Shown here in pieces: positions 46,070 through 57,013 of a stretch of 59,477 nucleotides of DNA (its first letter is position 1; each line of letters begins with the position of its first letter). Origin of the DNA: an uncultured Akkermansia sp. (lineage in GTDB: Bacteria; Verrucomicrobiota; Kiritimatiellia; RFP12; UBA1067); the NCBI GenBank assembly GCA_964567125.1, contig CAZMLC010000001.1:1-59477 (forward strand). The letters run 5' to 3'. The notes beneath the pieces are model-generated. The model did no database searches and was not told the origin of the DNA. It worked only from the letters and a program-made list of their open reading frames with translations. The position numbers and the translations under genes are program-made.

Positions 46070-46273
46070 TCAACCGCCTCCGACAAACTGGATGATCTCG
46101 ATCTGATCGTGCGCGTGAAGCGCCGTTGTCGCATATGCGGCAGGCTCCAGGATCACACCGTTCATCTCAACTGCTTTTCGGTTGAAATCAATCTTGAGCT
46201 CATCAAACAGCGCCAACACGGTCTCCGCCTGCACCGCATACTCACATCCATTCACACGAATGGTCTTGACCAT
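46070..46273 (-). CDS. thiS: ThiS/MoaD-family sulfur-carrier (ubiquitin-like) protein
   Basis: 67 aa. ...VNG......L.....AVE.NG.I....... ending in FVGGG. Confidence 0.7.
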   Translation of the reverse strand: MVKTIRVNGCEYAVQAETVLALFDELKIDFNRKAVEMNGVILEPAAYATTALHAHDQIEIIQFVGGG

Positions 46274-46287
46274 ATTTTAAACTCCAT

Positions 46288-46317
46288 GTGCGCGCGCCCG
46301 CATCGTGGCGCGCGCGC
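46288..46317 (-). other. Strong GC hairpin between topA stop and thiS start
   Basis: GCGCGCGCC-cgcatcgt-GGCGCGCGC, a perfect 9-bp stem extendable to 11 bp. There is no U-tract on the minus strand. Confidence 0.4.
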
Positions 46318-46332
46318 CAGAACAAGGTCCGC

Positions 46333-48855
<2,523 letters not shown>

Positions 48856-48881
48856 TTTTGATCCTTTCTTAAAGCGTTTTG

Positions 48882-50039
48882 TTAGAGACGTACAAGCATG
48901 CCGCCCGGCAGCATCTGTATCTGTTTCTTCAGTTGTAACCCGACTAAAATCGCATGGACCGCCCCCGGTGCGAGCGTCGTTGCACGAATTACGGCATCCA
49001 CATGCACACCGGCATGGTCAATCTGCTGCAGCACCGCGCGTTCGTCCGAGGAAAGTACGGCTGCCGGACGCGCAGGCTGAACAGCAGCGCGCGCGCTTGG
49101 CTCCGTCCCCGTTGCAGCCGTGCCGTGTTCACTCCGTTGCGGACCAGCTGCAAAAAGATCCTGCAACTCTTCGATCACATCGTCGACCTGCGCAACCAAC
49201 CGGGCACCTTCCTTGATCAACTGGTGCGAGCCCTGCGACGCCGGTGAATCAACCCGGCCCGGCACCACCATGACGCTCCGATTCTGCTCCGCAGCCTGTC
49301 CAGCGGTAATCAATGTCCCGCTTTTCAGCGGCGACTCCACAACCAGAACCCCTTTGCACAAACCACTTACAATCCGGTTGCGCATGGGGAACGTCTGCAC
49401 ATCCGGTTGCCGGCCAAAGGCGTATTCGCTGATCACCGCGCCGCCCCCTGCGACAATTTCACGCGCAAGCCCGGTATTGGACTTCGGATACAGGCAATCG
49501 AGCGCACCGCCCAGCACCGCAACTGTTTTGCCCTTGGCCTTTACCGCTCCGGTGTGCGCCTCCGTATCGATCCCCTCGGCTAAACCGCTAACAATGGTAT
49601 ACCCCGCATTCGCCAGCTGATAGGCAAACCGGCGCGCGGTCTCGCGTCCATATACAGTTGGATGGCGCGTGCCGACAATCGCCACCGCCGGAGTATCCAA
49701 TACCGCGACATCCCCCGCAACGTATAAAACAAAGGGCGGATCGGCAATCTGTTTGAGCAGCGCAGGATAGGCCGCGTCATTCCACGTCAGGATCGTTACA
49801 CCGCACGCGTCCGCCTTTTCCGTTTCCGCGCGGACATCAACGGCATGCACGGCTTCCAGCAGAAGCGCTGCACGTTCCGCGCCGACACCGGGAATGGCAC
49901 GGCACTGCGTTTCGGTTGTCCGAAACACAGCCGCGGCTGATCCAAGGGTATCAATGATCCGCTTGACCGTTATGGCGCCAATGCCTTGCACCCGATTCAG
50001 TGCAATGAGTGCGTCACGTTCTGTAGGTTGCTCGTTCAC
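48882..50039 (-). CDS. dprA: DNA-processing protein DprA/Smf
   Basis: 385 aa. AIVGTR..T.YG, SGLA.GID, GVLVVE and a C-terminal winged-helix tail. Conserved dprA-topA order. Confidence 0.9.
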   Translation of the reverse strand: MNEQPTERDALIALNRVQGIGAITVKRIIDTLGSAAAVFRTTETQCRAIPGVGAERAALLLEAVHAVDVRAETEKADACGVTILTWNDAAYPALLKQIADPPFVLYVAGDVAVLDTPAVAIVGTRHPTVYGRETARRFAYQLANAGYTIVSGLAEGIDTEAHTGAVKAKGKTVAVLGGALDCLYPKSNTGLAREIVAGGGAVISEYAFGRQPDVQTFPMRNRIVSGLCKGVLVVESPLKSGTLITAGQAAEQNRSVMVVPGRVDSPASQGSHQLIKEGARLVAQVDDVIEELQDLFAAGPQRSEHGTAATGTEPSARAAVQPARPAAVLSSDERAVLQQIDHAGVHVDAVIRATTLAPGAVHAILVGLQLKKQIQMLPGGMLVRL

Positions 50040-50194
50040 TATTCTTCAAGCTTGCTATTTAATTAAGGAAATAGCATATTTTTTGCGTGCTGACAAGTGC
50101 AAGAACGGAAAAAAAAGAAAAACGACTTTAACGGACCATTTTACACTGTTGTCGCACGCGGAAATCGCTATACTAGCGAGAAGAGAGGTTTTTT

Positions 50195-50905
50195 ATGTTT
50201 CAGTTAGGCGTGAATATCGATCATGTCGCGACATTGCGACAAGCCCGCGGAACCACCTACCCGAGCCTGGTAACCGCTGCTGCGCTGTGTGAGAAGGCGG
50301 GTGCACACGGCATTACCATCCATTTGCGCGAGGATCGCCGGCATATTCAAGATGCGGATGTCTATGCGCTGCGCAAGACGCTCACCACCCGGATGAACCT
50401 GGAAATGGCGAACAACCCGGATGTTGTGGCGGTTGCGCTCGCGGTCAAACCCGATGAGATCTGCATGGTACCGGAGCGCAGAGAAGAGTTGACGACGGAG
50501 GGCGGACTCGACGTCTGTGCGCAGAAAACAAGCCTCGGGACAACTGTGGCAGCTCTGCGTGCAGCCTCAATTCACGTCAGCATGTTTATCGCACCTGACC
50601 TGGCGCAGGTTGAGGCATCCGCGGAAATTGGCGCACCGTGCATTGAACTCCACACTGGGGCGTATGCCGATTTGACGGGGCCACAGCGCGCAGAAGAGCT
50701 TCAACGCCTCATCGCCGCAGCCCGACGCGCACATGCGCTGGGGTTGCAGGTGAATGCAGGCCATGGACTGAGCATCGAGAATATCGACCCGATCTTGTCG
50801 ATTCCACACCTGCATACGCTCAATATCGGACACAGCATCATCTGCCAGGCCGTATTCGTTGGCATCGAACAGGCGGTCCGCGACATGCTCAAAAAAATAT
50901 CATAG
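50195..50905 (+). CDS. pdxJ: Pyridoxine 5'-phosphate synthase
   Basis: 236 aa. LGVNIDHVATLRQARG, ITIHLREDRRHI, VELHTG and NAGHGL motifs. Confidence 0.9.
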   Translation: MFQLGVNIDHVATLRQARGTTYPSLVTAAALCEKAGAHGITIHLREDRRHIQDADVYALRKTLTTRMNLEMANNPDVVAVALAVKPDEICMVPERREELTTEGGLDVCAQKTSLGTTVAALRAASIHVSMFIAPDLAQVEASAEIGAPCIELHTGAYADLTGPQRAEELQRLIAAARRAHALGLQVNAGHGLSIENIDPILSIPHLHTLNIGHSIICQAVFVGIEQAVRDMLKKIS

Positions 50906-50927
50906 CCACACGCCTCACAGGACAACC

Positions 50928-51998
50928 ATGTTTATCCGCAGTTCCTACGGAGTTGAATTTGATAGTCAGCAGCGCACGCCCCAACACCACCTCTTGTGGG
51001 GATTTGTTATCGCGATTCCCCTCATTGCGCTGATTTTCCTCGGTATTCGAGGATGTGCGGGTCTCCAGAAGGCTCCGGTTGCGGGTGATGTTTTGCAGGC
51101 AGAGCGGTACGATGCGCACGAAGAGCCGTCAAAACGCGCGAAGCCTTCCTTTACTCAGCACCTGCTTTCGCATTGGCTGGGCAGCAAGCGAGGCAGCCCA
51201 GCCGCATCTGTAGCCGCGCCGCAAAAAGCAGAAAAACCTGCCGCCGCATCTAGCGCCCCTGACGCTGCGCTGCGAAAAATGCCGGCCACCGTGCAAAGCC
51301 TCGTGACGCAGGCGACAACGGCTGAAAACGCGCATGCGCTGATTGAAGCGCGCATGATTTACCATCACCTGCTGACGCGCGCCGATGTCGATGCGTTTAT
51401 GCCAAACTTCGAACGCAAGATCGCGGAAATCAACCTGAAGCTGCTGTTTTCAAAAGATCCGATGCCTGAAAAAATGAAATGGCGCATTGGTCCTGGAGAC
51501 TCCATCAGCAAAATCGCGCGCAAGACCGGCACGAATCCGGAGTATATCAGCATCGTCAATGGCATTGACAAACCAACCCAGCTGAAGCTGGATATGAACA
51601 TCTGGGTGATGAAGAACCCCAGATTCGCACTCTTTATCAACCGGAAGTCGGCATCCATGGTTGTGACCCTCAACGGGCGTTTTTTCAAACGCTACAGCCT
51701 CGATACCGCGGACATCGCCACACTCGCACCAGGCAACTACAAGGTGCGCTCACGCGGAAAGAAAGATCAGCCGGGGCAATCCCCGTCCGCACAACTCAAG
51801 CAACGCCTCGCCGCGACCTGCTGGATCATCACGGAGACGAACGATAACCAGCAAGAGACGGCATTCGGCCTCTTTTCCAAATTTTCGTGCACAACAGCCC
51901 AGCAACCTTCTCTGACGGGACTTTTCCTCCCCACGGAAGAAATCGAAGAACTCTATCTCTATTTACCGCTCAGCACACCGGTTATGGTGATTAATTGA
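50928..51998 (+). CDS. Membrane-anchored LysM-domain protein with degenerate YkuD (L,D-transpeptidase)-like C-terminal domain
   Basis: I chose the ATG at 50928. One TM helix (LWGFVIAIPLIALIFLGI). LysM motif GDSISKIARKTGTNPEYISIVNGI. The C-terminal ~125 aa have YkuD-like topology but no HG.../S.GC motif. Confidence 0.6.
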   Translation: MFIRSSYGVEFDSQQRTPQHHLLWGFVIAIPLIALIFLGIRGCAGLQKAPVAGDVLQAERYDAHEEPSKRAKPSFTQHLLSHWLGSKRGSPAASVAAPQKAEKPAAASSAPDAALRKMPATVQSLVTQATTAENAHALIEARMIYHHLLTRADVDAFMPNFERKIAEINLKLLFSKDPMPEKMKWRIGPGDSISKIARKTGTNPEYISIVNGIDKPTQLKLDMNIWVMKNPRFALFINRKSASMVVTLNGRFFKRYSLDTADIATLAPGNYKVRSRGKKDQPGQSPSAQLKQRLAATCWIITETNDNQQETAFGLFSKFSCTTAQQPSLTGLFLPTEEIEELYLYLPLSTPVMVIN

Positions 51999-52094
51999 TC
52001 GACCACACGACTGTTTTTGCTTGCCTATTTTGACAATTTTTCATATTTTGTCGAAAAGCAAATTGATACCAAGTAGTGTTGTTTTTGGAGTATT

Positions 52095-53765
52095 ATGACC
52101 ATACGATTTTTGTTGGAACGAGCTGTTGAAAAGTCACCGACACGCATTGCACTCAAATATCGGCGTGACACTCAATGGCAAACAAAAACTTATCAGGAAT
52201 TTGAGCTCGGTGTCCGTCAAATGTCCGAGGCGTTTCACAGCATCGGGATGCAGGCGAATCGCGGCTGTGCCGCCCTGATCATTGAAAACTCACCGGAATG
52301 GATGGAGTCTTACCTGGCATTGACCGGAGTGGGCATTACCGTGGTGCCGATTGATCCCAAGCTGCGCGCCGATGAAATCCGCTACATCTTGAACGATGCG
52401 GGCGTCTCGCTCGCCATTATCCAGAAGGAACACCGTGCGATCTTCGAAGCGGTCTGTGCCGATCTTCCGAATCTGCGAAATATCGTCGTTATCGATGCGC
52501 AGCTCCCCCTCGCGTTTGAAATCCCTTCGATAGCCTGCCATGACTATGACTCGCTCAAGGCCTCCGTCGCGGAAACCAAATTTGATTTTTATGCGCGCCA
52601 TCCCGTCAATCCGCAGGATGTGGCGTCGATTATCTACACCTCAGGAACCACCGGAAAACCGAAGGGCGCGATGTTAACCCACAATAACTTCTGTTCCGAT
52701 GCAGCAGGTTCGCTGGAGTGGATGAAAAATCTGGCCACGCCCAACGATGATTTCCTGATCGTCTTGCCGCTTTTCCATTCGTTTTCCTTCCTGACCAATT
52801 TTGTTCTGCCCATGTACTGCATGTCCGGCATGTTTTTTGTTGAGAGCTTGCGCACCGTCGCCGATGACATCAACGTATTGCGTCCCACCTTGATCATGGC
52901 CGTCCCTTTGCTCGTGGAAAAACTGCTCGCAAAAATTGAGGCGAAAATTGAAACAAGCCGCTTTGCCACATTTCTCTTGGAAATCGGGTTAGGAGCGATT
53001 GTGGGAAAAAAGGTCATGAAAAACCTCGGCGGACGTCTGCGCCTCTTTGTTGTCGGAGGGGCCCCCTGCCCGGTTCATGTGCTCAAGGGGTTCATGCGAT
53101 TGGGCGTGCCGGTTGTTGAAGGTTATGGTCTCACCGAGTGTTCACCGGTCGTTGCTGTCAATCCGTTGAAGAACCCGCGCGTCGGTTCCATCGGAAAACC
53201 GATCGCGAATATTACCGTTCGTATTGCCAACCCGAATGAAAACGGCGTAGGGGAACTGCAAGTCCGCGGTCCGATTGTTATGAAGGGCTATTACAACAAT
53301 CCGGAAGCGACGCGCGAAGCATTCGACGGCGATTGGCTGAGAACCGGCGATTTAGCCATCATGGGGAAAGACGGTTTTATCTCGATCTGCGGACGTAAAA
53401 AGGCCTTGATCGTCAATCGCGAAGGCAAAAATATTTACCCTGAAGAGGTCGAAACCATACTTGCTCGTCATCCTTTTATTAGCGATATTGTGGTGATCGG
53501 CTATACGGTCGGCGATGTCAAAGGCGAACGCGTCGGTGCCATCGTCACTCCCAATCTTGAAGCGATCACCGCGAGCCAGCAGGGTGTTGAACCGAGCTGG
53601 GCCGAAGTCGAAAAAATCATCAAAACGATTATTGCGGAACAAAGTAAAGCCCTTGCGGAATACAAGCATATCCGCAAACTGGTCATACACCGCGACCCCT
53701 TGGAGCGGACCTCGATCCAGAAGGTACGTCGCGTCGCCTATCAAGGCAAGCTGGACGAACCATGA
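52095..53765 (+). CDS. AMP-dependent long-chain fatty acid--CoA ligase
   Basis: 556 aa. IIYTSGTTGKPKGAMLTH, GYGLTE, TGDL and GRKK motifs. Confidence 0.85.
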   Translation: MTIRFLLERAVEKSPTRIALKYRRDTQWQTKTYQEFELGVRQMSEAFHSIGMQANRGCAALIIENSPEWMESYLALTGVGITVVPIDPKLRADEIRYILNDAGVSLAIIQKEHRAIFEAVCADLPNLRNIVVIDAQLPLAFEIPSIACHDYDSLKASVAETKFDFYARHPVNPQDVASIIYTSGTTGKPKGAMLTHNNFCSDAAGSLEWMKNLATPNDDFLIVLPLFHSFSFLTNFVLPMYCMSGMFFVESLRTVADDINVLRPTLIMAVPLLVEKLLAKIEAKIETSRFATFLLEIGLGAIVGKKVMKNLGGRLRLFVVGGAPCPVHVLKGFMRLGVPVVEGYGLTECSPVVAVNPLKNPRVGSIGKPIANITVRIANPNENGVGELQVRGPIVMKGYYNNPEATREAFDGDWLRTGDLAIMGKDGFISICGRKKALIVNREGKNIYPEEVETILARHPFISDIVVIGYTVGDVKGERVGAIVTPNLEAITASQQGVEPSWAEVEKIIKTIIAEQSKALAEYKHIRKLVIHRDPLERTSIQKVRRVAYQGKLDEP

Positions 53766-55063
53766 ACCCTGCCGACATTTACTCCGTCTCAGATCTCACC
53801 CAACGTATTCGGACAACGCTCGAAGACGAAATTGGAACCGTCTGCGTGGAGGGCGAACTCTCAGGATTCAAGATTTATCCCAGCGGCCATGCCTATTTCA
53901 CACTGAAAGACAGTGGCGCACAGCTGAGCGCTGTACTCTTTGCAAGTGCACGTGCGCGTCTGGCCAGCAACCTTGTACTCAAGGACGGACTGAAAGTGCG
54001 TGCAACAGGCGCGATCACGGTCTATGCGGAACGGGGCAACTACCAACTCATCGTCAGGACCCTTACGCCGGCGGGTCAGGGCGATCTGATGCGCCAGTTT
54101 GAAGAGCTGAAGGCGCGCCTGCAAAAAGAGGGCCTCTTTGAAGCGTCACGCAAACGCAAACTTCCCTTCTTACCGCGGCGCATCGGTATCGTCACCTCTC
54201 CGACAGGCGCAGTCATTCACGACATGCTGACCATTTTAAACCGACGGTTCCCTAACGTTGAAGTGCGCCTCGCCCCAGTCAAAGTCCAAGGTTCCGAAGC
54301 TGCCGCTGAAATTGTCCATGCGATCCACTACTTCAACAACGCAAGCGATCCCTCAGCGTGGAGCCCCGATGTTTTAATCGTCGGCCGCGGCGGCGGCAGC
54401 ATTGAAGATCTCTGGGCCTTCAACGAGGAGTCCGTTGTACGCGCGGTAGCGGGTTCCACCATCCCCGTGATTTCCGCAGTCGGGCATGAAACCGATTTCA
54501 CACTTTGCGATTTTGCCGCGGATGTCCGTGCGCCGACACCCTCAGCTGCCGCTGAAATCGTGCTCCCTCCTCACGCGCAAATCACACAGCGGATTGAAGA
54601 GCTGCACAGGCTCTTGCTAAGCCATCTGACGCAGTCCGCGGAACGCCGCGCACAAAAAATCGATACTTTCAACATGCGTTGCTCACACGCATTGGTAACC
54701 CAATCGCGCACCCTGCGCAACCGCATTGATCAGGCCAAACACCACCTTGCAAGCCTGCAGGAACGGATGACGCGCGAACACCGCACGGCGCTCACGCTCG
54801 TGCAGCAGCGTTTTCAGGGGATTCTCCCTTATGCCATTGAAAAACGGCGCGCAAGTCTCCAGATGATCAGCCAGCAGCTGACCCTGCTCAACCCGCTTGC
54901 GGTGCTTGAGCGTGGCTATTCGCTGACGCGCTTAGAGGATGGAACGCTCGTGCGTTCCATCACGGACGTTGAAGATGCTACGCGCATCGTAACGCAAATG
55001 AAAGATGGATTTGTGTCGAGTACGGTAACACAGCGCGCGCAACGCAAGGAGGTATCACAATGA
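53762..55063 (+). CDS. xseA: Exodeoxyribonuclease VII large subunit
   Basis: 433 aa. OB-fold N-terminus (V.GE.S......SGH.YF.LKD) plus RIGIVTSPTGA, GRGGGS.EDLW.FN and GHE.D.T motifs. The start overlaps the upstream stop (ATGA). Confidence 0.9.
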   Translation: MNPADIYSVSDLTQRIRTTLEDEIGTVCVEGELSGFKIYPSGHAYFTLKDSGAQLSAVLFASARARLASNLVLKDGLKVRATGAITVYAERGNYQLIVRTLTPAGQGDLMRQFEELKARLQKEGLFEASRKRKLPFLPRRIGIVTSPTGAVIHDMLTILNRRFPNVEVRLAPVKVQGSEAAAEIVHAIHYFNNASDPSAWSPDVLIVGRGGGSIEDLWAFNEESVVRAVAGSTIPVISAVGHETDFTLCDFAADVRAPTPSAAAEIVLPPHAQITQRIEELHRLLLSHLTQSAERRAQKIDTFNMRCSHALVTQSRTLRNRIDQAKHHLASLQERMTREHRTALTLVQQRFQGILPYAIEKRRASLQMISQQLTLLNPLAVLERGYSLTRLEDGTLVRSITDVEDATRIVTQMKDGFVSSTVTQRAQRKEVSQ

Positions 55064-57003
55064 ATCGGTTACTGATTTCCCTGACATGCTGGATCGGTGT
55101 GCTTTCCCTTCAGGCAGAAGAAAATGTTGTGTTAAACTCCGGATTTGAAGCATGTTCGGCAGCAGGCAATGTTCTGCATTGGTCGGAACGCAAGCCGGTC
55201 TATCGCTTTTGCGAAGGAACAGGCCGCAATCAGTCGCGCGGCTTGGTGTTCGAAAATACAGATCCCCACTTTTATTCATTCCCTGCGCAAACGCTCTCGA
55301 TTCCAACAGGATGCTGCTACGCGTTTGAGGTCTGGGTCAAAGCCGAGCAGCTGGCAGGCGATGAATCCGGTGCAACCATCTGCATGGAATGGTCCGATGC
55401 GCAGGGCAAATTCATCGGTGGCGCCTATGCGGAGGGGTTGCGCGATACCGCCGGAAACTGGGTACGCGTGCACGGGGCAACACGCGTCATCCCGACGAAT
55501 GCCGTGCGTATCACGGTTGCACCCTACGTGCGCAAAGGCATGACCGGCAAAGCATGGTTTGACGATATCCGGGTCTACCGTCATTACCCGCCACTGGTCA
55601 CCTCGCTGATTGCGTCAACCTACCGCAACACGGCGACCAACCAGCCGATTACGCTTTTCGCGGGACTGACGCTGCAACAATCCGGCTTGCAGCCACGCGA
55701 GATTGAAGGTGCGTTTCTACTCCTGAATGAAAAGACGGGCGCGACCGTGTTAAAACGTTCACCGGACCAACTTTCGGCCAATCACGCCGCTGTGACACTT
55801 CCGGCAGATGCGGTTTCCGAAGGCACCTACACAGCCGTTTTTTGCGCGACAACCCGGATGCCGCCCATTACGACGCATGCGCAAACAACCACACTGTACC
55901 GCGTCAAGACGCTGCCGCAGCGCAAAGTCTGGGTCGATGCCCATCGCCGATTGATTGTAAACGGACAGCCCTTTTTCCCGCTCGGTATGTATTGGAGCAG
56001 CGTCACGCCTGACCTGATTGCAACGTATCGGACAGGACCGTTCAACTGCTTAATGCCCTATGGCGCGCCGAACCGCCTGCTGATGGATCAGCTACACACG
56101 AACAACCTCAAAGTCATTTATTCCATTAAAGACCTCTATTCCGGCACCCGCTGGGCGCCCCAGAATGTACGTACAGAAGCTGACGAAACCGCCGTTGTGA
56201 CGCGCATCGTAACCGAAATGAAAGATCATCCAGCCCTGCTGGCCTGGTACACCAACGATGAATTGCCGGCAACCATGGAGCCACGTCTGGCTGCGCGCCA
56301 ACGCCTGCTCGAACGACTCGACCACGATCATCCGACCTGGATCGTGCTCTACCAATACGACGATGTGCGCGCATACCTGCGCTCCTTTGATATTGTCGGT
56401 ACGGACCCCTACCCGATCCCCGAGAAACCGCTTACGGAAGCACTCATCTGGGCTAGGACGACGCGCGAACAGTCGTTCAATGTGCGCCCGATCTGGCAGG
56501 TTCCGCAAGCCTTTGACTGGGCGGCCTATCGCAAAGGGGATGAGCAGAAAAATGCGCGTGCCCCTTCACGTGCCGAATTGCGCGCCATGTCCTGGATGAG
56601 CATTGCCGCAGGCGCAAATGGGCTGATTTATTACTCCTTTTTCGATCTTTTTAAAATGCAGCACAAAGATCCTTTTGAAAAACGCTGGGCCGACATCTGC
56701 GCGGTTGCCGAAGAGATTCAACGCTATATCCCGCTCATTTTATCCGTTGAACCGGTCCCGTCCTATAGCGTAACCGGAAGCAAGGCGTGTGAGATCCGCG
56801 TGTGGCGCCAAGGCAACGATCTCTATATTTTAGGCGCCAGCGCAAATCTGCAGACAGACACGGTTGCGTTGACGTTCGCCGCGCCTATCGCCACAGTCGA
56901 AACCTTGTTCGGCAATCAGGCGCACAGCCAAGGTACAACGATTTCCATGACCCTGGACGCGCTCACCCCTGTATGCTTACGCGCAACCCTTAACGAGCGC
57001 TGA
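55060..57003 (+). CDS. Secreted protein with N-terminal CBM4/9-like module and C-terminal TIM-barrel-like domain (putative glycoside hydrolase, family unknown)
   Basis: 647 aa with a signal peptide. NSGFE...KAWFDDIRVY brackets a CBM-like beta-sandwich. GQPFFPLGMYW and LAWYTNDE are suggestive of a (beta/alpha)8 hydrolase. A strong aaggagg SD lies inside the xseA 3' end. Confidence 0.45.
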   Translation: MNRLLISLTCWIGVLSLQAEENVVLNSGFEACSAAGNVLHWSERKPVYRFCEGTGRNQSRGLVFENTDPHFYSFPAQTLSIPTGCCYAFEVWVKAEQLAGDESGATICMEWSDAQGKFIGGAYAEGLRDTAGNWVRVHGATRVIPTNAVRITVAPYVRKGMTGKAWFDDIRVYRHYPPLVTSLIASTYRNTATNQPITLFAGLTLQQSGLQPREIEGAFLLLNEKTGATVLKRSPDQLSANHAAVTLPADAVSEGTYTAVFCATTRMPPITTHAQTTTLYRVKTLPQRKVWVDAHRRLIVNGQPFFPLGMYWSSVTPDLIATYRTGPFNCLMPYGAPNRLLMDQLHTNNLKVIYSIKDLYSGTRWAPQNVRTEADETAVVTRIVTEMKDHPALLAWYTNDELPATMEPRLAARQRLLERLDHDHPTWIVLYQYDDVRAYLRSFDIVGTDPYPIPEKPLTEALIWARTTREQSFNVRPIWQVPQAFDWAAYRKGDEQKNARAPSRAELRAMSWMSIAAGANGLIYYSFFDLFKMQHKDPFEKRWADICAVAEEIQRYIPLILSVEPVPSYSVTGSKACEIRVWRQGNDLYILGASANLQTDTVALTFAAPIATVETLFGNQAHSQGTTISMTLDALTPVCLRATLNER

Positions 57004-57013
57004 GGAGTTATCT

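Noticed and set aside
46274-46332. TPP riboswitch upstream of thiS
   Set aside because: The spacer is only 59 nt and lacks the CUGAGA/ACCUGA-type conserved elements.
50054-50084. Hairpin GCTATTT-aattaagg-AAATAGC followed by T6 in the dprA/pdxJ divergent spacer, as a terminator or sRNA 3' end
   Set aside because: The 7-bp A/T-rich stem is weak, and no plus-strand transcription unit ends there. It is more likely part of an A/T-rich promoter region.
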